In this document: positions 48,770-58,575 of the stretch, in pieces | How the letters are laid out: every line of letters begins with the position of its first letter | How positions within the stretch are numbered: the first letter of the stretch is position 1 | Source: Bryobacterales bacterium | GTDB taxonomy: Bacteria > Acidobacteriota > Terriglobia > Bryobacterales > Bryobacteraceae | Direction of reading: 5' to 3' | Length of the DNA stretch: 64,000 nucleotides | NCBI GenBank assembly: GCA_963760575.1 | Contig: CAVXEM010000004.1 | Span: 8,299 to 72,298, forward strand | The notes under the pieces: generated by a model | What the model was told of the DNA's origin: nothing | The model's input: the letters and a program-made list of their open reading frames with translations, nothing else | Database searches by the model: none | Position numbers and translations under genes: made by a program

Positions 48770-49609
48770 AAGTCGTCATCACCGGAGGATCGGGCTTTAT
48801 CGGACGCGCCATTGCGGAGCGCCTGCGGTCCGCCGGCCACAGCGTCACCGGGCTTTCGCTGCGGACTCCGCCGAGTCCCGAAGTCTTCGCGGGTTGTGAG
48901 GCGGTCGTGCATCTCGCAGGCGAACCGGTGGCCCAACGGTGGACGGCCGCGGCAAAGGAGCGGATCGTGAACAGCCGTGTCCAAGGCACACGGACGCTGG
49001 TCGCCGCGCTTCGTCAGCACCCGCCGGCGGTGCTGGTGAGCGCTTCCGCAATCGGCTACTACGGCTCGCGCGGCGACGAGATTCTGACCGAAGCTTCGCC
49101 GCCGGGTTCCGACTTCCTGGGACAAGTGGCCGTCGCCTGGGAACAGGAGGCTCGATCCGCTGAAGCGTTCGGCCTGCGCGTGGTGACTCCACGCATCGGC
49201 GTGGTGCTGGGGCGCGGAGGCGGCGCGCTTCCCAAGATGGCCCTCCCTTTCCGCTTCGGCGTGGGCGGGCGCTTGGGGAGACGGCAAGCAATGGACTTCG
49301 TGGATTCACCTGGACGATCTGGTCGCGCTGGTTGAATTCTCGATCGCGAAAACAGCCATCCAGGGCGCTGTGAACGCCGTGGCTCCGAATCCCGTGACTA
49401 ACGCCGCGTTCACACTGGAACTCGCAGAGGCCTTGCATCGCCCCGCGATCTTTCCGGTCCCCGCGACAGCCCTCAAGCTTCTCCTCGGAGAAATGTCACA
49501 GGTGGTGCTGGCCAGCCAGCGCGTGATTCCGGAAGCGGCTCTGCGCGCCGGTTTTCAGTTTCGCTTTACGCATGTAGACGAAGCTCTACGACAAATCTTC
49601 GCGGCCTGA
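48766..49609 (+). pseudogene. TIGR01777-type NAD-dependent epimerase/dehydratase (YfcH-like), split by a +1 frameshift in a GGGG run at 49275-49278
   Basis: The start MKVVITGGSGFIGRA makes an ATGA overlap with the photolyase stop. After ...FGVGGRLG the homology (DGKQWTSWIHLDDLV...NAVAPNPVTNAAF...) continues in the next frame to 49609. The two track ORFs are 48643-49335 and 49370-49609. Confidence 0.8.
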
Positions 49610-50227
49610 AGCCGCGGCATTGGGTTCCCACAGCACTGCGGGTACGCCGAGAACGTGATTCACCCAACGGCTCCACACGAACATGGCATCGCTCAGGCGA
49701 TTCAAATAAGGAATCACTTCAGGTGGGATGGATTCTTCGCGCGCCATCGCCACCACCAGCCGCTCGGCGCGGCGGCAGACGGTCCGCGTCACGTGTAGCT
49801 CGGCGTTGAGGCGCGTTCCTCCCGGCAGGACGAAGCTGCGCAGCGCGGGTAGATCCGCATTCATGGCATCGATTTCGCGTTCCAGTTGCGCGATCTCCGC
49901 GGCAGTGACGCGCGGTTGATTCGGATGCACGTCCGCAGGTTCCGTCGCCAGAATCGAGCCAAGGTTGAACAACTCATGCTGCACGCGGCGCAGAATTGCC
50001 GCCAGCGGCGCGAGCCTGGAATCTTCGGCGCAGGATACGGCGGCCAAGCCGACGAAAGCATTCAACTCATCCACGGTGCCGTAGGCTTCGATGCGCGGCG
50101 TGTCTTTCGGTACTCGCTGACCGCCCACCAGTCCCGTTTCCCCGGCATCTCCGCGCTTGGTATAGATGCGATTGAGGGCGATGCGCGGTTCGTCGAATCT
50201 TTCGGCCACCTTTCCATAGAAACACAA
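49586..50227 (-). CDS. PduO-type ATP:cob(I)alamin adenosyltransferase
   Basis: ...[33 protein letters not shown]...LQHELFNLG...FVLPGG...[13 protein letters not shown].... The start may be the GTG at 50209. Confidence 0.85.
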   Translation of the reverse strand: MCFYGKVAERFDEPRIALNRIYTKRGDAGETGLVGGQRVPKDTPRIEAYGTVDELNAFVGLAAVSCAEDSRLAPLAAILRRVQHELFNLGSILATEPADVHPNQPRVTAAEIAQLEREIDAMNADLPALRSFVLPGGTRLNAELHVTRTVCRRAERLVVAMAREESIPPEVIPYLNRLSDAMFVWSRWVNHVLGVPAVLWEPNAAASGREDLS

Positions 50228-50280
50228 ATCGGGAGGCGGCCTCCCAGGCCCACCTCCCGTGCGGCAGCAAGGAGTTCGCG

Positions 50281-50730
50281 TTACTTCTCCACGATTTCCG
50301 GCTTCATAGGGCCCAGAGCACCCAATAGATCGCCCTTCTCTTTCTCGCCCACCTTAAATTTATCCAGCGCCCCCACCAGGTCCTCCACCAGCGCATCGAA
50401 CTGCGGGCCCGTAATCCCCATGCCCATGTGCGCGGTTTTCATATCCTTGCCCATGTACTTGCAAGGGCCGCCGCTGGCTTGGCAGATTTGATCCACCAAC
50501 TTCATCTTGAACGACGCCAGACGCTGCGGGTCCGCCGCCGCGGCCGCAAAGTAGCTATTGATGCGGGTGTCGGCAGCCACACGGCCGACGAATTCATCCA
50601 CCACGGCGCTGATGGCTTTCTTTCCGCCCAGGCGGTCATACAAAGTCTTCTCTTTGGCTTGCGCCACCGGCAGCAGAGTGCATGCGGCCAAGGCGGCGAG
50701 TCCGGTCCAGTTGCGAATCGTCTTCATCAT
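50281..50730 (-). CDS. Group 1 truncated hemoglobin with an N-terminal export signal
   Basis: Start is [25 protein letters not shown] at 50730. The globin part reads ...[33 protein letters not shown]...[22 protein letters not shown].... The rest of the 439-aa track ORF is GC-shadow. Confidence 0.8.
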   Translation of the reverse strand: MMKTIRNWTGLAALAACTLLPVAQAKEKTLYDRLGGKKAISAVVDEFVGRVAADTRINSYFAAAAADPQRLASFKMKLVDQICQASGGPCKYMGKDMKTAHMGMGITGPQFDALVEDLVGALDKFKVGEKEKGDLLGALGPMKPEIVEK

Positions 50731-50802
50731 GTGGGTTGTCCGCTCCTTCGTTGGTGTATACGCAAGCGGCGGGATTTTGGATTTGCTAAGGTCACAAGTG
50801 AA

Positions 50803-52101
50803 ATGTCTTCCTCGGATCTTCACTATCAGTCCGGCTTCGGCAACGAATTCGAGACGGAGGCCCTGGCGGGCGCGCTGCCGCGCGAACAAAACTCCCCGCA
50901 AAAGAACCCTTTCGGCCTCTATGGGGAGCAGTTGACGGGCAGCGCATTCACCGCAGCGCGCGGGGTCACCCGATGGTCCTGGACCTACCGCATCCGCCCC
51001 TCCGTTCTGCATGAGCCCTTTCGTGAAATGACGGCAGGGCTGTGGCGCAGTGGACCTTTCAACGACGCGGCCCCGAATCCCAATCAAATGCGCTGGGCGC
51101 CGCTGCCGGTGCCTAGCAAGTCCACCGATTTTCTGGACGGCATCATCACCATGGGCGGCAACGGCGATCCGGCGCTGCAGACCGGCGTGGCGATTCACCT
51201 CTATGCCGCGAACGCTTCCATGCAGGACCGTTTCTTTTATAACGCCGACGGAGAAATGCTGATCGTGCCGCAAGTGGGGAAGCTCCGCTTTCATACCGAG
51301 CTGGGAGTTTTGGAAGTGGCGCCGGGTGAGATCTGCGTGATCCCGCGCGGCATCCGCTTCCGCGTGGAATTGCTGGAGCCCGCTGCGCGGGGCTACATCT
51401 GCGAGAACTACGGCCAGTATTTGCGGTTGCCGGAACTCGGGGTCATCGGCACATCCGGCCTGGCCAACGCGCGCGACTTCTTGGCGCCCGTGGCGTCCTA
51501 TGAAGATCGCGAAGGCGATTTCCGCCTGGTGGCCAAGTTCGGCGGCGGATTGTGGGAAGCGGAGATCGATCATTCCCCGCTGGATGTCGTCGCCTGGCAC
51601 GGCAATTTAACACCCTATAAATACGATTTGGCGAAATTCAATTGCATTAATACGGTGACGTGGGATCATCCCGACCCATCGATTTATTGCGTGCTGCTGT
51701 CACCGTCGGCAATTCCAGGCACGGCCAACATGGAGCTATCTGTTTTCGGCCCCCGCTGGAGTGTGGCGGACCACACCTTCCGTCCGCCTCCCTTTCATCG
51801 CAACATCGCCAGCGAATTTATGGGCTTGATCCACGGGCAATACATCGGTAAGGCGGAAGGCTTCGTGCCGGGCAGCGCGAGTCTACACAACTGCATGAGC
51901 GGGCATGGCCCCGACGCGGAGGCTTTCGAGCGCGGCGTTTCCGCGGAGCCGAAACCGGAGTTTCTGGGGAACACCATGGCATTCATGTTCGAGACGCAGT
52001 TACAAATCCGGTTGACTCAGTTCGCGCTCAAAACCGATTTGGTGGAACGCACTTACTACACCCATTGGCAAGGCATCAAGAAGCAGTTTAAAGCAGGCTA
52101 A
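50803..52101 (+). CDS. hmgA: Homogentisate 1,2-dioxygenase
   Basis: Start is [51 protein letters not shown] at 50803. Also ...WHGN..PYKYDL..F...FHRN..SEFMGLI.G.Y. Confidence 0.92.
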   Translation: MSSSDLHYQSGFGNEFETEALAGALPREQNSPQKNPFGLYGEQLTGSAFTAARGVTRWSWTYRIRPSVLHEPFREMTAGLWRSGPFNDAAPNPNQMRWAPLPVPSKSTDFLDGIITMGGNGDPALQTGVAIHLYAANASMQDRFFYNADGEMLIVPQVGKLRFHTELGVLEVAPGEICVIPRGIRFRVELLEPAARGYICENYGQYLRLPELGVIGTSGLANARDFLAPVASYEDREGDFRLVAKFGGGLWEAEIDHSPLDVVAWHGNLTPYKYDLAKFNCINTVTWDHPDPSIYCVLLSPSAIPGTANMELSVFGPRWSVADHTFRPPPFHRNIASEFMGLIHGQYIGKAEGFVPGSASLHNCMSGHGPDAEAFERGVSAEPKPEFLGNTMAFMFETQLQIRLTQFALKTDLVERTYYTHWQGIKKQFKAG

Positions 52102-52113
52102 GAGGAGAAACGA

Positions 52114-53964
52114 ATGAAACGTGGAGTCGCGAGTGCGGCCGGGTTGCTTTTTTGCGCGGCAAGCTTCCTATATGCGCAGGACGGAGAGGGCTGGTACAAG
52201 CAAGGCTGCGCGTCCTGCCACGATGGCGGCCTGGACCGCGCGCCCAGCCGCGAAGCCTTCAAACAAATGAGTCCAGCGGGCGTTTTGGCGGCCATGGAAA
52301 CGGGGCCTATGATCTCGATGGCGGTGCGCTTTTCGCAGGCGCAGCGGCGTGCGATCGCGGAATATTTAACCGGCAAGTCGTTTAGCGATCCCATCGAGAT
52401 CGCGGCCTCGCCGAAAGCCATGTGCGCCAATGGTCCTGGGACTTTTTCGCTCCCCGCAGCCGGGCCTACCTGGAACGGCTGGGGCATGAATACCTCGAAC
52501 ACGCGCTTTCAAGATGCGGGCGCCGCCGGATTCACGGCCGCTCAGGTGCCCCGTCTCAAGCTGAAGTGGGCCTTCGGATTCCCCGGCGAGTTGACGCGCA
52601 TGGGCGCACCAAACCTGGCGGGCGGACGCGTCTTCGTGGGCAGCGCGGACGGCAAAGTGTATTCGCTCGATGCCGCAAGCGGCTGTGTTTACTGGGCGAT
52701 TGACGCGGGTTCGGGAGTGCGCTCGGCGATCACCATTGCGCAGATCAAGACGGACTCGGGAACTCGCTATGCCGCGTTGTTCGGAGACGGCCGTGCTTTC
52801 GCTCACGCCGTCGACGCCGCGACGGGCCAGGAAATCTGGAAAACCAAGGTGGACGATTTTCCCGTGGCAGGCATCACCGGGGGCTTGGTGTTTTACAAAG
52901 ATCGCGTGTATGTCCCCGTAAAGTCGGGAGAGGAAGCGGCGGGAGGATCGGCAAAGTATGAATGCTGCCGCTTCCGTGGATCGCTGGTGGCGCTGGACGC
53001 GTCGACGGGAAAGCAGATTTGGAAAACCTACACCATCGAGGAACCCAAGAAGACCAAGGTCAATAAGATCGGCACGCAACTGTGGGGGCCCTCCGGCGCG
53101 CCTATCTGGAGCACCCCGGCCGTCGACCCGCGTCGCAACACTATTTATGTAACGACTGGTGACAATTACAGCGACCCAAGTTCGAGCATGAGCGATGCGT
53201 TTATCGCGATGGACGCGGACACCGGCAAGATTTTGTGGTCGCGGCAGATGACCGCCAACGATGCTTACACTTCCGCTTGCCGCATGCCCGACAAGACCAA
53301 CTGCCCGGAGGTGAACGGCCCCGATTTCGATTTCGGCGCGTCACCGATTCTAGTGACGCTCGGCAATGGCAAACGCCTAGTGGTGGCGGGTCAGAAATCC
53401 GGCATGGTGCACGCCATCGATCCGGATCAGGGCGGCGAGCTGGTATGGTCGACGCGCGTCGGCATCGGCGGAACCATGGGCGGAGTGCAATGGGGCTCGG
53501 CCGCGGACGCGAATAATATCTACGTCGCGAATTCCGATATTCTGCGTGTCATGCTGCCGTTTGCGAATAACACCGACGCCGACCCCAAGCGCGGCGGCGG
53601 CATGTATGCGCTGCGGCTCGACACCGGGAAGCAGGTGTGGTTCACGCCACCGGTTGGTTGCGGAGAAAAGAAGCGCTGCAGCCCGGCGCAGTCGCAGGCG
53701 GTGACAGCGATTCCCGGCGTGGCGTTTTCAGGCTCCGTCGATGGGCACTTGCGCGCTTACGATGCCGCAAACGGCAAGATCGTATGGGACGTAGATACGG
53801 CCGTCGACTACAAGACAGCCAACGGCGTCACCGCGCACGGCGGGTCGCTCGATGGGGCAGGACCGGTAATCGGCGGCGGGATGCTGTACGTCAATTCGGG
53901 GTATTCGTCGGCCGGCGGAATGCCTGGCAACGTACTGCTGGCGTTTTCCGTCGACGGAAAGTAG
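52114..53964 (+). CDS. Exported PQQ-type beta-propeller dehydrogenase with an N-terminal cytochrome c domain (polyvinyl-alcohol-dehydrogenase-like architecture)
   Basis: A signal peptide is followed by the heme site CASCH with a Met-rich segment (...AMETGPMISM...). Repeated ...G.VY.LDA.TG...W... propeller blades follow. Confidence 0.7.
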   Translation: MKRGVASAAGLLFCAASFLYAQDGEGWYKQGCASCHDGGLDRAPSREAFKQMSPAGVLAAMETGPMISMAVRFSQAQRRAIAEYLTGKSFSDPIEIAASPKAMCANGPGTFSLPAAGPTWNGWGMNTSNTRFQDAGAAGFTAAQVPRLKLKWAFGFPGELTRMGAPNLAGGRVFVGSADGKVYSLDAASGCVYWAIDAGSGVRSAITIAQIKTDSGTRYAALFGDGRAFAHAVDAATGQEIWKTKVDDFPVAGITGGLVFYKDRVYVPVKSGEEAAGGSAKYECCRFRGSLVALDASTGKQIWKTYTIEEPKKTKVNKIGTQLWGPSGAPIWSTPAVDPRRNTIYVTTGDNYSDPSSSMSDAFIAMDADTGKILWSRQMTANDAYTSACRMPDKTNCPEVNGPDFDFGASPILVTLGNGKRLVVAGQKSGMVHAIDPDQGGELVWSTRVGIGGTMGGVQWGSAADANNIYVANSDILRVMLPFANNTDADPKRGGGMYALRLDTGKQVWFTPPVGCGEKKRCSPAQSQAVTAIPGVAFSGSVDGHLRAYDAANGKIVWDVDTAVDYKTANGVTAHGGSLDGAGPVIGGGMLYVNSGYSSAGGMPGNVLLAFSVDGK

Positions 53965-54494
53965 TGGAATGGAGCGGTGTTGTGCCCGAATTGGACGAAC
54001 CGATTCACTTGTGTACCTATGACAAGCGATGGCCGGATCTGTTCGCCTCCGAAGCACTGCGGATCGCTGCTGCATTGCCGCCGGATGTAGCGATCGAACA
54101 CATCGGAAGCACCGCCGTTCCCGGTCTCTTGGCCAAGCCGATCATCGACCTGATGCTCGGCGTCGAGCCCGGCTGCGATGTACTCAGCATCCGAACGGAG
54201 TTGGGAGTGCTTGGGTACGAGGATCTGGGCGAAGCTGGCGTTCCAGGCCGCCTTTATTTTCGGCGAAGGCGGAAGTCTGCTTTCAACATTGCACTCGTGG
54301 AACGCGGTGGCGCCATATGGAGGTCCAACCTCGCCTTGCGTGATTACCTGCGAACGAACCCCGGCGCCGCGCGGGAGTACGCCGCGGCCAAGCGCTCCGC
54401 CTTAGAGAGCGGCATCAGTTCATTGCTGGCATACTCGGAGTACAAAGGTCCGGTCGTCGATCGCCTGCTCAAGCAAGCGCTTGCCGTCGCATGA
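53964..54494 (+). CDS. GrpB-family protein
   Basis: ...YDKRWPDLF..E...I...L....V.IEHIGSTAVPGLLAKPIIDLM.GV...RDYLR..P....EY...K.... The start is GTG at 53964 (TAGTG overlap) or GTG at 53982. Confidence 0.75.
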   Translation: MEWSGVVPELDEPIHLCTYDKRWPDLFASEALRIAAALPPDVAIEHIGSTAVPGLLAKPIIDLMLGVEPGCDVLSIRTELGVLGYEDLGEAGVPGRLYFRRRRKSAFNIALVERGGAIWRSNLALRDYLRTNPGAAREYAAAKRSALESGISSLLAYSEYKGPVVDRLLKQALAVA

Positions 54495-55231
54495 AGTCAA
54501 TATTATTACTCGGACTCGCGGCCATCGCGCTCTGCGCGCAGAACGTGCAGGTGTATTCGGAGCTCGCGCAAATCAATGACGCGGGCGAGGTGCTAGCGCC
54601 CGAAAACCCTCGCGAAATTCTATCGCCGGCCGTCGCCCGCAACGCTTTCAGCTCGTTTCAAATTGCGATCCAGGTTCCTAAAGGCAAAAAGTTCCTGGTA
54701 TACATGGGCCAGAATCCGGATGACGCCGCGAAAGTCACGCTCTACCGTCGCGCTGCCGCCAAACCGGGGCTGGAGCGCGTGGAGCTGCCGTATTCCGGAG
54801 AATCGTCGCAGGTCCTGTGGATGGATCTGTGGATAGATGCGAACGCCCCCGTGCGCCGCGTGAAAATCGAGCCTCAAGTAGGCATCGATGGCGATTGGGT
54901 GACCTATCCGATGGAAGTGCGCGTGATGGAGCCGGTGGTTCCCAAATCCGTGGCTTTCACACCGGGAGTCGCAAGCCCCTTCGAAGTCATGCGCGCATTC
55001 TTGTGCGGTACGAAAATACGGCCGTCGGCGGGACGTGTCCCGGTCGGCGCGGATCTCCTCTTCCGCAACGCCCAACAGGACGTGGCGCTGGCGGCAGCGG
55101 GCTCCCTGCCGCTTCGCGACGAACTGAAGAAGGCTATGGGCGGCTGCAACGCCAACCCGCCCGCCGATCCCGAATTCTATCTCCGCTTACGCGACTATTT
55201 ATTCACGCCCCTATGGAAAAAGGTGCGCTGA
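54491..55231 (+). CDS. Exported hypothetical protein
   Basis: ATGA overlap with grpB. Signal peptide [17 protein letters not shown]. No known motifs. Confidence 0.55.
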   Translation: MKSILLLGLAAIALCAQNVQVYSELAQINDAGEVLAPENPREILSPAVARNAFSSFQIAIQVPKGKKFLVYMGQNPDDAAKVTLYRRAAAKPGLERVELPYSGESSQVLWMDLWIDANAPVRRVKIEPQVGIDGDWVTYPMEVRVMEPVVPKSVAFTPGVASPFEVMRAFLCGTKIRPSAGRVPVGADLLFRNAQQDVALAAAGSLPLRDELKKAMGGCNANPPADPEFYLRLRDYLFTPLWKKVR

Positions 55232-55268
55232 AGCGGCCCGCCGCGCTAAACTTGGTATTCGCCCCCGC

Positions 55269-55358
55269 GGAGAGATGGCCGAGTGGTTGAAGGCGCACGC
55301 TTGGAAAGCGTGTTTAGGGGAAACTCTAACGAGGGTTCGAATCCCTCTCTCTCCGCCA
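55269..55358 (+). tRNA. tRNA-Ser (anticodon GGA), CCA encoded
   Basis: Acceptor GGAGAGA/TCTCTCC; anticodon arm CACGC-TTGGAAA-GCGTG; long variable arm; T arm GAGGG-TTCGAAT-CCCTC; then G-CCA. Length 90 nt. Confidence 0.9.
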
Positions 55359-55606
55359 TTTATTCAATAACTTAGATCGCAACTATCGCGCGCAAGCTGA
55401 AGCGGTACTACGGTTACTACGACACACTTGGCTGTGAAGAAACCTGGGGTTTTAGAACGTATCGCGGGGTCACAATAATCCGGCTCCGATCGGCGCAGCG
55501 CCCCAGGTCGCGACCGCGAACGCCTGGCGCGTCCTCAAGCGCCTCCTCTATCTCATCCTGGTCGCGTCGGAGCGCGATGGATCCTTCGAGGCCAGCCGAC
55601 GGATTG

Positions 55607-56488
55607 TCATCCGTTCCTGGATCCCGAGGATCCATGAACGTTGCGGAGTTGAGACGCAGATTCTTTCTGAGAGTTTTTCTCGGTCGCCATTGCTCGTTCG
55701 ATCTCGCGGGCTCCCGCAATCGTTAGAGGAAGAATGCGCCCCACGAGCGTCTCATCCGCGCGGTAGGCTGGTAGCACAAAACTCAAACTGCCGAGCAGAG
55801 ATCCGTCGGCACCGACAATCGCAGCGGCTATTCCGACCCTGCCCCGATCGATCTCACCCCTGGTAACGCATGCGCCCGCACGACGAATGGCGCTGAGCGC
55901 TTTCCGAAACGTTTCCCAGCTATTTCCCAGACCCGCGGCTTTGATTTCCTTCGAGTGTCTTACGAAAAGATCCTTAAGAAATCGGGAGGGCAAGTTTGCC
56001 AGGACGACTTTGGATGTCGCACCACGGAACAATGGCATGGGCTTACCCCGCTCATAGCTCACGAGAACTTGAGGGCCCGAACCCATCACCTGATGAACAC
56101 AGATCACTTTGCCGCGGAAAGCCCGACAAAGAAGGATCGCAGAGCCTTCAGGAAAATACCGAATCAGATCCTCCATGACTGGCCTGCCAGCGATCAAGAG
56201 GGGGTCACAAAGCCGAATCTGCCGATCTAGCTCAATGACCGCCGGACCCAGAGTGTAACCCGCCCTCGGTCCGGGACTGATGAGACCGACGCGGGAAAGA
56301 CTCTTGAAGTACCTGTAGACCGTCGGCGCGGAAGCGTGAAGTCGGGTGGCTGCCTGCTCGACTGTCCAGGCGGGTTGATCCTCCGAGAACAGTTGCAACA
56401 CTGCAAGAAGTCGATCGCCGCTGCTCTGCGGCGCTTGATCGGAACTGGATCTCATTTGAGTGGATATAGGTTGAAATTGTAGGGGCAT
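55607..56488 (-). CDS. IclR-family transcriptional regulator
   Basis: N-terminal wHTH ...LLAVLQLFSEDQPAWTVEQAATRLHASAPTVYRYFKSLSRVGLI..., followed by an IclR effector-domain-like region ...PLFRGATSKVVLA...GIAAAIVGADGSLLGSLSF.... The C-terminal tail is unusually long. Confidence 0.85.
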   Translation of the reverse strand: MPLQFQPISTQMRSSSDQAPQSSGDRLLAVLQLFSEDQPAWTVEQAATRLHASAPTVYRYFKSLSRVGLISPGPRAGYTLGPAVIELDRQIRLCDPLLIAGRPVMEDLIRYFPEGSAILLCRAFRGKVICVHQVMGSGPQVLVSYERGKPMPLFRGATSKVVLANLPSRFLKDLFVRHSKEIKAAGLGNSWETFRKALSAIRRAGACVTRGEIDRGRVGIAAAIVGADGSLLGSLSFVLPAYRADETLVGRILPLTIAGAREIERAMATEKNSQKESASQLRNVHGSSGSRNG

Positions 56489-56581
56489 CGTGATTTGGTT
56501 CGGAGCATAAAAGCAACCGCCGGCATGCTGCCTCCTTCACGTGCGGAATCAAGCTCCTGCCAAGCTGCAAGATGACACGAG

Positions 56582-56600
56582 TTTCTCATAATACGATAAT
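56582..56600. promoter_or_regulatory. Candidate operator S1 (TTTCTCATA-A-TACGATAAT) in the iclR / SnoaL-like divergent intergenic region
   Basis: Matches the perfect palindrome at 62518-62536 in 15 of 18 arm positions. Confidence 0.4.
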
Positions 56601-56674
56601 ACAGCCAATGTGGTACATTGACCGAAGTTACGGCCTTTCGAAAAGATCATTGAGATTAGATAGAGGAGATCGCT

Positions 56675-57127
56675 ATGAAAATGCCTAGGGTATTTCTTGC
56701 AGTAGCTTTGTGCTGTTTGACAGGTGCGCTAGCGGCTCAGAATCGAGACGTGAAGACGGAAGAAGCCAATAAGAAAATGGTGCTCACGTTCTACCAAGCG
56801 TTTTTCGGGGATCACGATCTCAGCGCGGCAGAAAAGTACCTTGACCCCGGCTACGTTCAGCACAATCCCGGACTGCCGGACGGGCGTGACGCTCTCATCA
56901 ATATGGCGAAAGGGATGTTCGCGAACACGCCCAAGGGCAAGCCGGATATTCGCAGAGTTGCCGCCGACGGCGACTTAGTTTGGCTCCATGTTCGCGGTCA
57001 ATTCGGGCCGGGACCTGCAAGCTCTGTCGTGGACATCTTCCGCGTCAAGAACGGCAAGATCGTCGAGCACTGGGACACTATTCAATCGATTCCCGAAAAG
57101 TCGGCGAACCCGCATCCGATGTTTTAG
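56675..57127 (+). CDS. Exported SnoaL/NTF2-like protein
   Basis: An AGAGGAG lies upstream. Signal peptide MKMPRVFLAVALCCLTGALAAQ. ...NKKMVLTFYQAFF......KYLDPGYVQHNP...G...........V.....DGDLVWLH.......VDIFRVKNGKIVEHWD. Confidence 0.75.
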   Translation: MKMPRVFLAVALCCLTGALAAQNRDVKTEEANKKMVLTFYQAFFGDHDLSAAEKYLDPGYVQHNPGLPDGRDALINMAKGMFANTPKGKPDIRRVAADGDLVWLHVRGQFGPGPASSVVDIFRVKNGKIVEHWDTIQSIPEKSANPHPMF

Positions 57128-57236
57128 CCGGCCTTGCGAGTCTCTCTAAAGATTCTGAGCCAATTTGCGATGCCTAACCACTGCCTTGCGTCCCAACCTC
57201 GCAACGCAATTCCCATAGAAGCCCGATCGGCTAGTG

Positions 57237-57255
57237 ATTTGCAGAGTATGATAAT
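57237..57255. promoter_or_regulatory. Candidate operator S2 (ATTTGCAGA-G-TATGATAAT), ~135 nt upstream of the DUF6152-like gene
   Basis: The right arm is identical to the 62518 palindrome (9/9). The left arm matches 6/9. Confidence 0.35.
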
Positions 57256-57389
57256 TTTGCTCATGCCTCAATGGCCCGCAACCTGGTGGCGATTTTTAGA
57301 AATCGCTGTTCGGCTTGAAAAGCACCGGTCTCCAGACTACGACCACTGGCCTCTTCCGGTGACAGTATACCGACCCTAGGAGAAGCTCA

Positions 57390-57809
57390 ATGCGTTATTG
57401 CAAATTGTTTTTGCCCATTTTGAGCACGTCGCTTTTGCTCGCTCCGCTGGCTGTGGCGCATCATTCCGATGCGGCTTACGACAAGGCCATCACCAAGACG
57501 ACTTCCGGCACCTTGAAGGAGTTCGACTGGAACGCGCCGCATGCTGGCGTATTGGTCGAGTACAAGAATGAGAAAGGAGAGACGGCCGAGATCTACGCCA
57601 CGACCTTTGCGCCGCAGCAGCTCGCGCGCCAAGGCTTTGCCCCGAAGGATTTCAAACCGGGACAGAAAGTGGAGCTGGTGTGGCACCCGGCGCGCAGCGG
57701 AGCTGGCGGCGGACTTTTGGTCAGCTTAAAGCTGGAAGACGGCCGCGTCGTGAGTGCCGGCGGGCCACCGGGCCAGCAAACGGCAACACCTCCGGCCCCC
57801 AAACCCTAA
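57390..57809 (+). CDS. Small exported protein (DUF6152-like, from memory). The mature N-terminus is predicted to be His-His-Ser.
   Basis: An AGGAGAAG lies upstream. The signal peptide is ...LLLAPLAVA|HHSDAAYD. Also ...GTLKEFDWNAPHAGVLVEY...GQKVELVWHPARSG.... Confidence 0.6.
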   Translation: MRYCKLFLPILSTSLLLAPLAVAHHSDAAYDKAITKTTSGTLKEFDWNAPHAGVLVEYKNEKGETAEIYATTFAPQQLARQGFAPKDFKPGQKVELVWHPARSGAGGGLLVSLKLEDGRVVSAGGPPGQQTATPPAPKP

Positions 57810-57814
57810 TCGTT

Positions 57815-58543
57815 GTGCGAGGCGAGCCATTGAATATTGCAAACCCGAAAAAGCCCACAGAGTTGGGGATTGCGGCGCTTATGTTCCTGGGAGTGTTGCC
57901 CCTCTCGGCTCAGGAGCGACCGAACCTGGAGGGCGTTTGGAAACTCGCTCAGCCGCAAGCCGCGCTCTTGCCGAGCGATAACCGGCCCGTGCCTTTTACC
58001 GAGAAGGGCCGGGCGCAATATGAGCAGAACAAGCTCGCGGCCGAGAAGGGCGACTATGCTTTCGACGCGACGATGTCGCGCTGTTCGTCGCCCGGCCTGC
58101 CGCGCCTGATGCTGACGCCCGGCCGTTTCCGAATCTTTCAGCGCCCGCTAGTAATCGGCATGGCGTTCGAGTGGAACCGCTTGTTCCGGCAGATCGACCT
58201 GCGAAGCGGTCCGCATGAGCGTCCCCTGATTGACACGATGAAAGGCGTGACCTATGGAACGTGGGAAGGCGGAACGCTCGTGGCGCGCTCCTATGGATTC
58301 TCCGAGAAAACGCTGCTTGACCAGCGGATTCCCCACAGTGACCAATTGGAGCTGGTCGAGCGTATTCGGCTGCGGGACCGGAGTACGTTGGAGGATCGTA
58401 TTACCATTACTGATCCCGAAATGTTTACTCGCCCGTGGGAAGCGATGCTCTCCTACAAGCGTCAACCTGACGACGCTTTCCCGTTTCCGGAAGACGTTTG
58501 CTTGGATCGAAAGAACGCGGGTCAGCCGCCGCTCCCGCGGTGA
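57815..58543 (+). CDS. Exported protein, 'GDTLVVET' secreted family, copy X1
   Basis: The GTG lies 5 nt after the upstream stop. Signal ...GIAALMFLGVLPLSAQ. ...LEGVWK...CSSPGLPR...GVTYGTWEGGTLVARSYGF...ITITDPEMFTRPWEA...EDVCLD. Confidence 0.6.
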   Translation: MRGEPLNIANPKKPTELGIAALMFLGVLPLSAQERPNLEGVWKLAQPQAALLPSDNRPVPFTEKGRAQYEQNKLAAEKGDYAFDATMSRCSSPGLPRLMLTPGRFRIFQRPLVIGMAFEWNRLFRQIDLRSGPHERPLIDTMKGVTYGTWEGGTLVARSYGFSEKTLLDQRIPHSDQLELVERIRLRDRSTLEDRITITDPEMFTRPWEAMLSYKRQPDDAFPFPEDVCLDRKNAGQPPLPR

Positions 58544-58575
58544 TCGCCACTGGTGTGAAGAGGAGATTAGCCAAG

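Noticed and set aside
3320-49300. Programmed ribosomal frameshifting at the five frame breaks
   Set aside because: No slippery heptamer or obvious stimulatory structure is present. The affected gene families are not known to use recoding. Three sites are simple extensions of G/T runs.
55359-55719. Integrase or mobility-gene remnant next to tRNA-Ser (track ORF 55417-55719, minus strand)
   Set aside because: The translation has no recognisable recombinase, transposase or TA motifs, and it partly overlaps the IclR 3' end. I found no direct repeat of the tRNA 3' end within the window. Island status therefore remains a hypothesis only.
57134-57379. 81-aa ORF in the SnoaL-to-DUF6152 spacer
   Set aside because: It has no RBS, an atypical composition and a non-ATG start. 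The region is better explained as a regulatory spacer containing operator S2.
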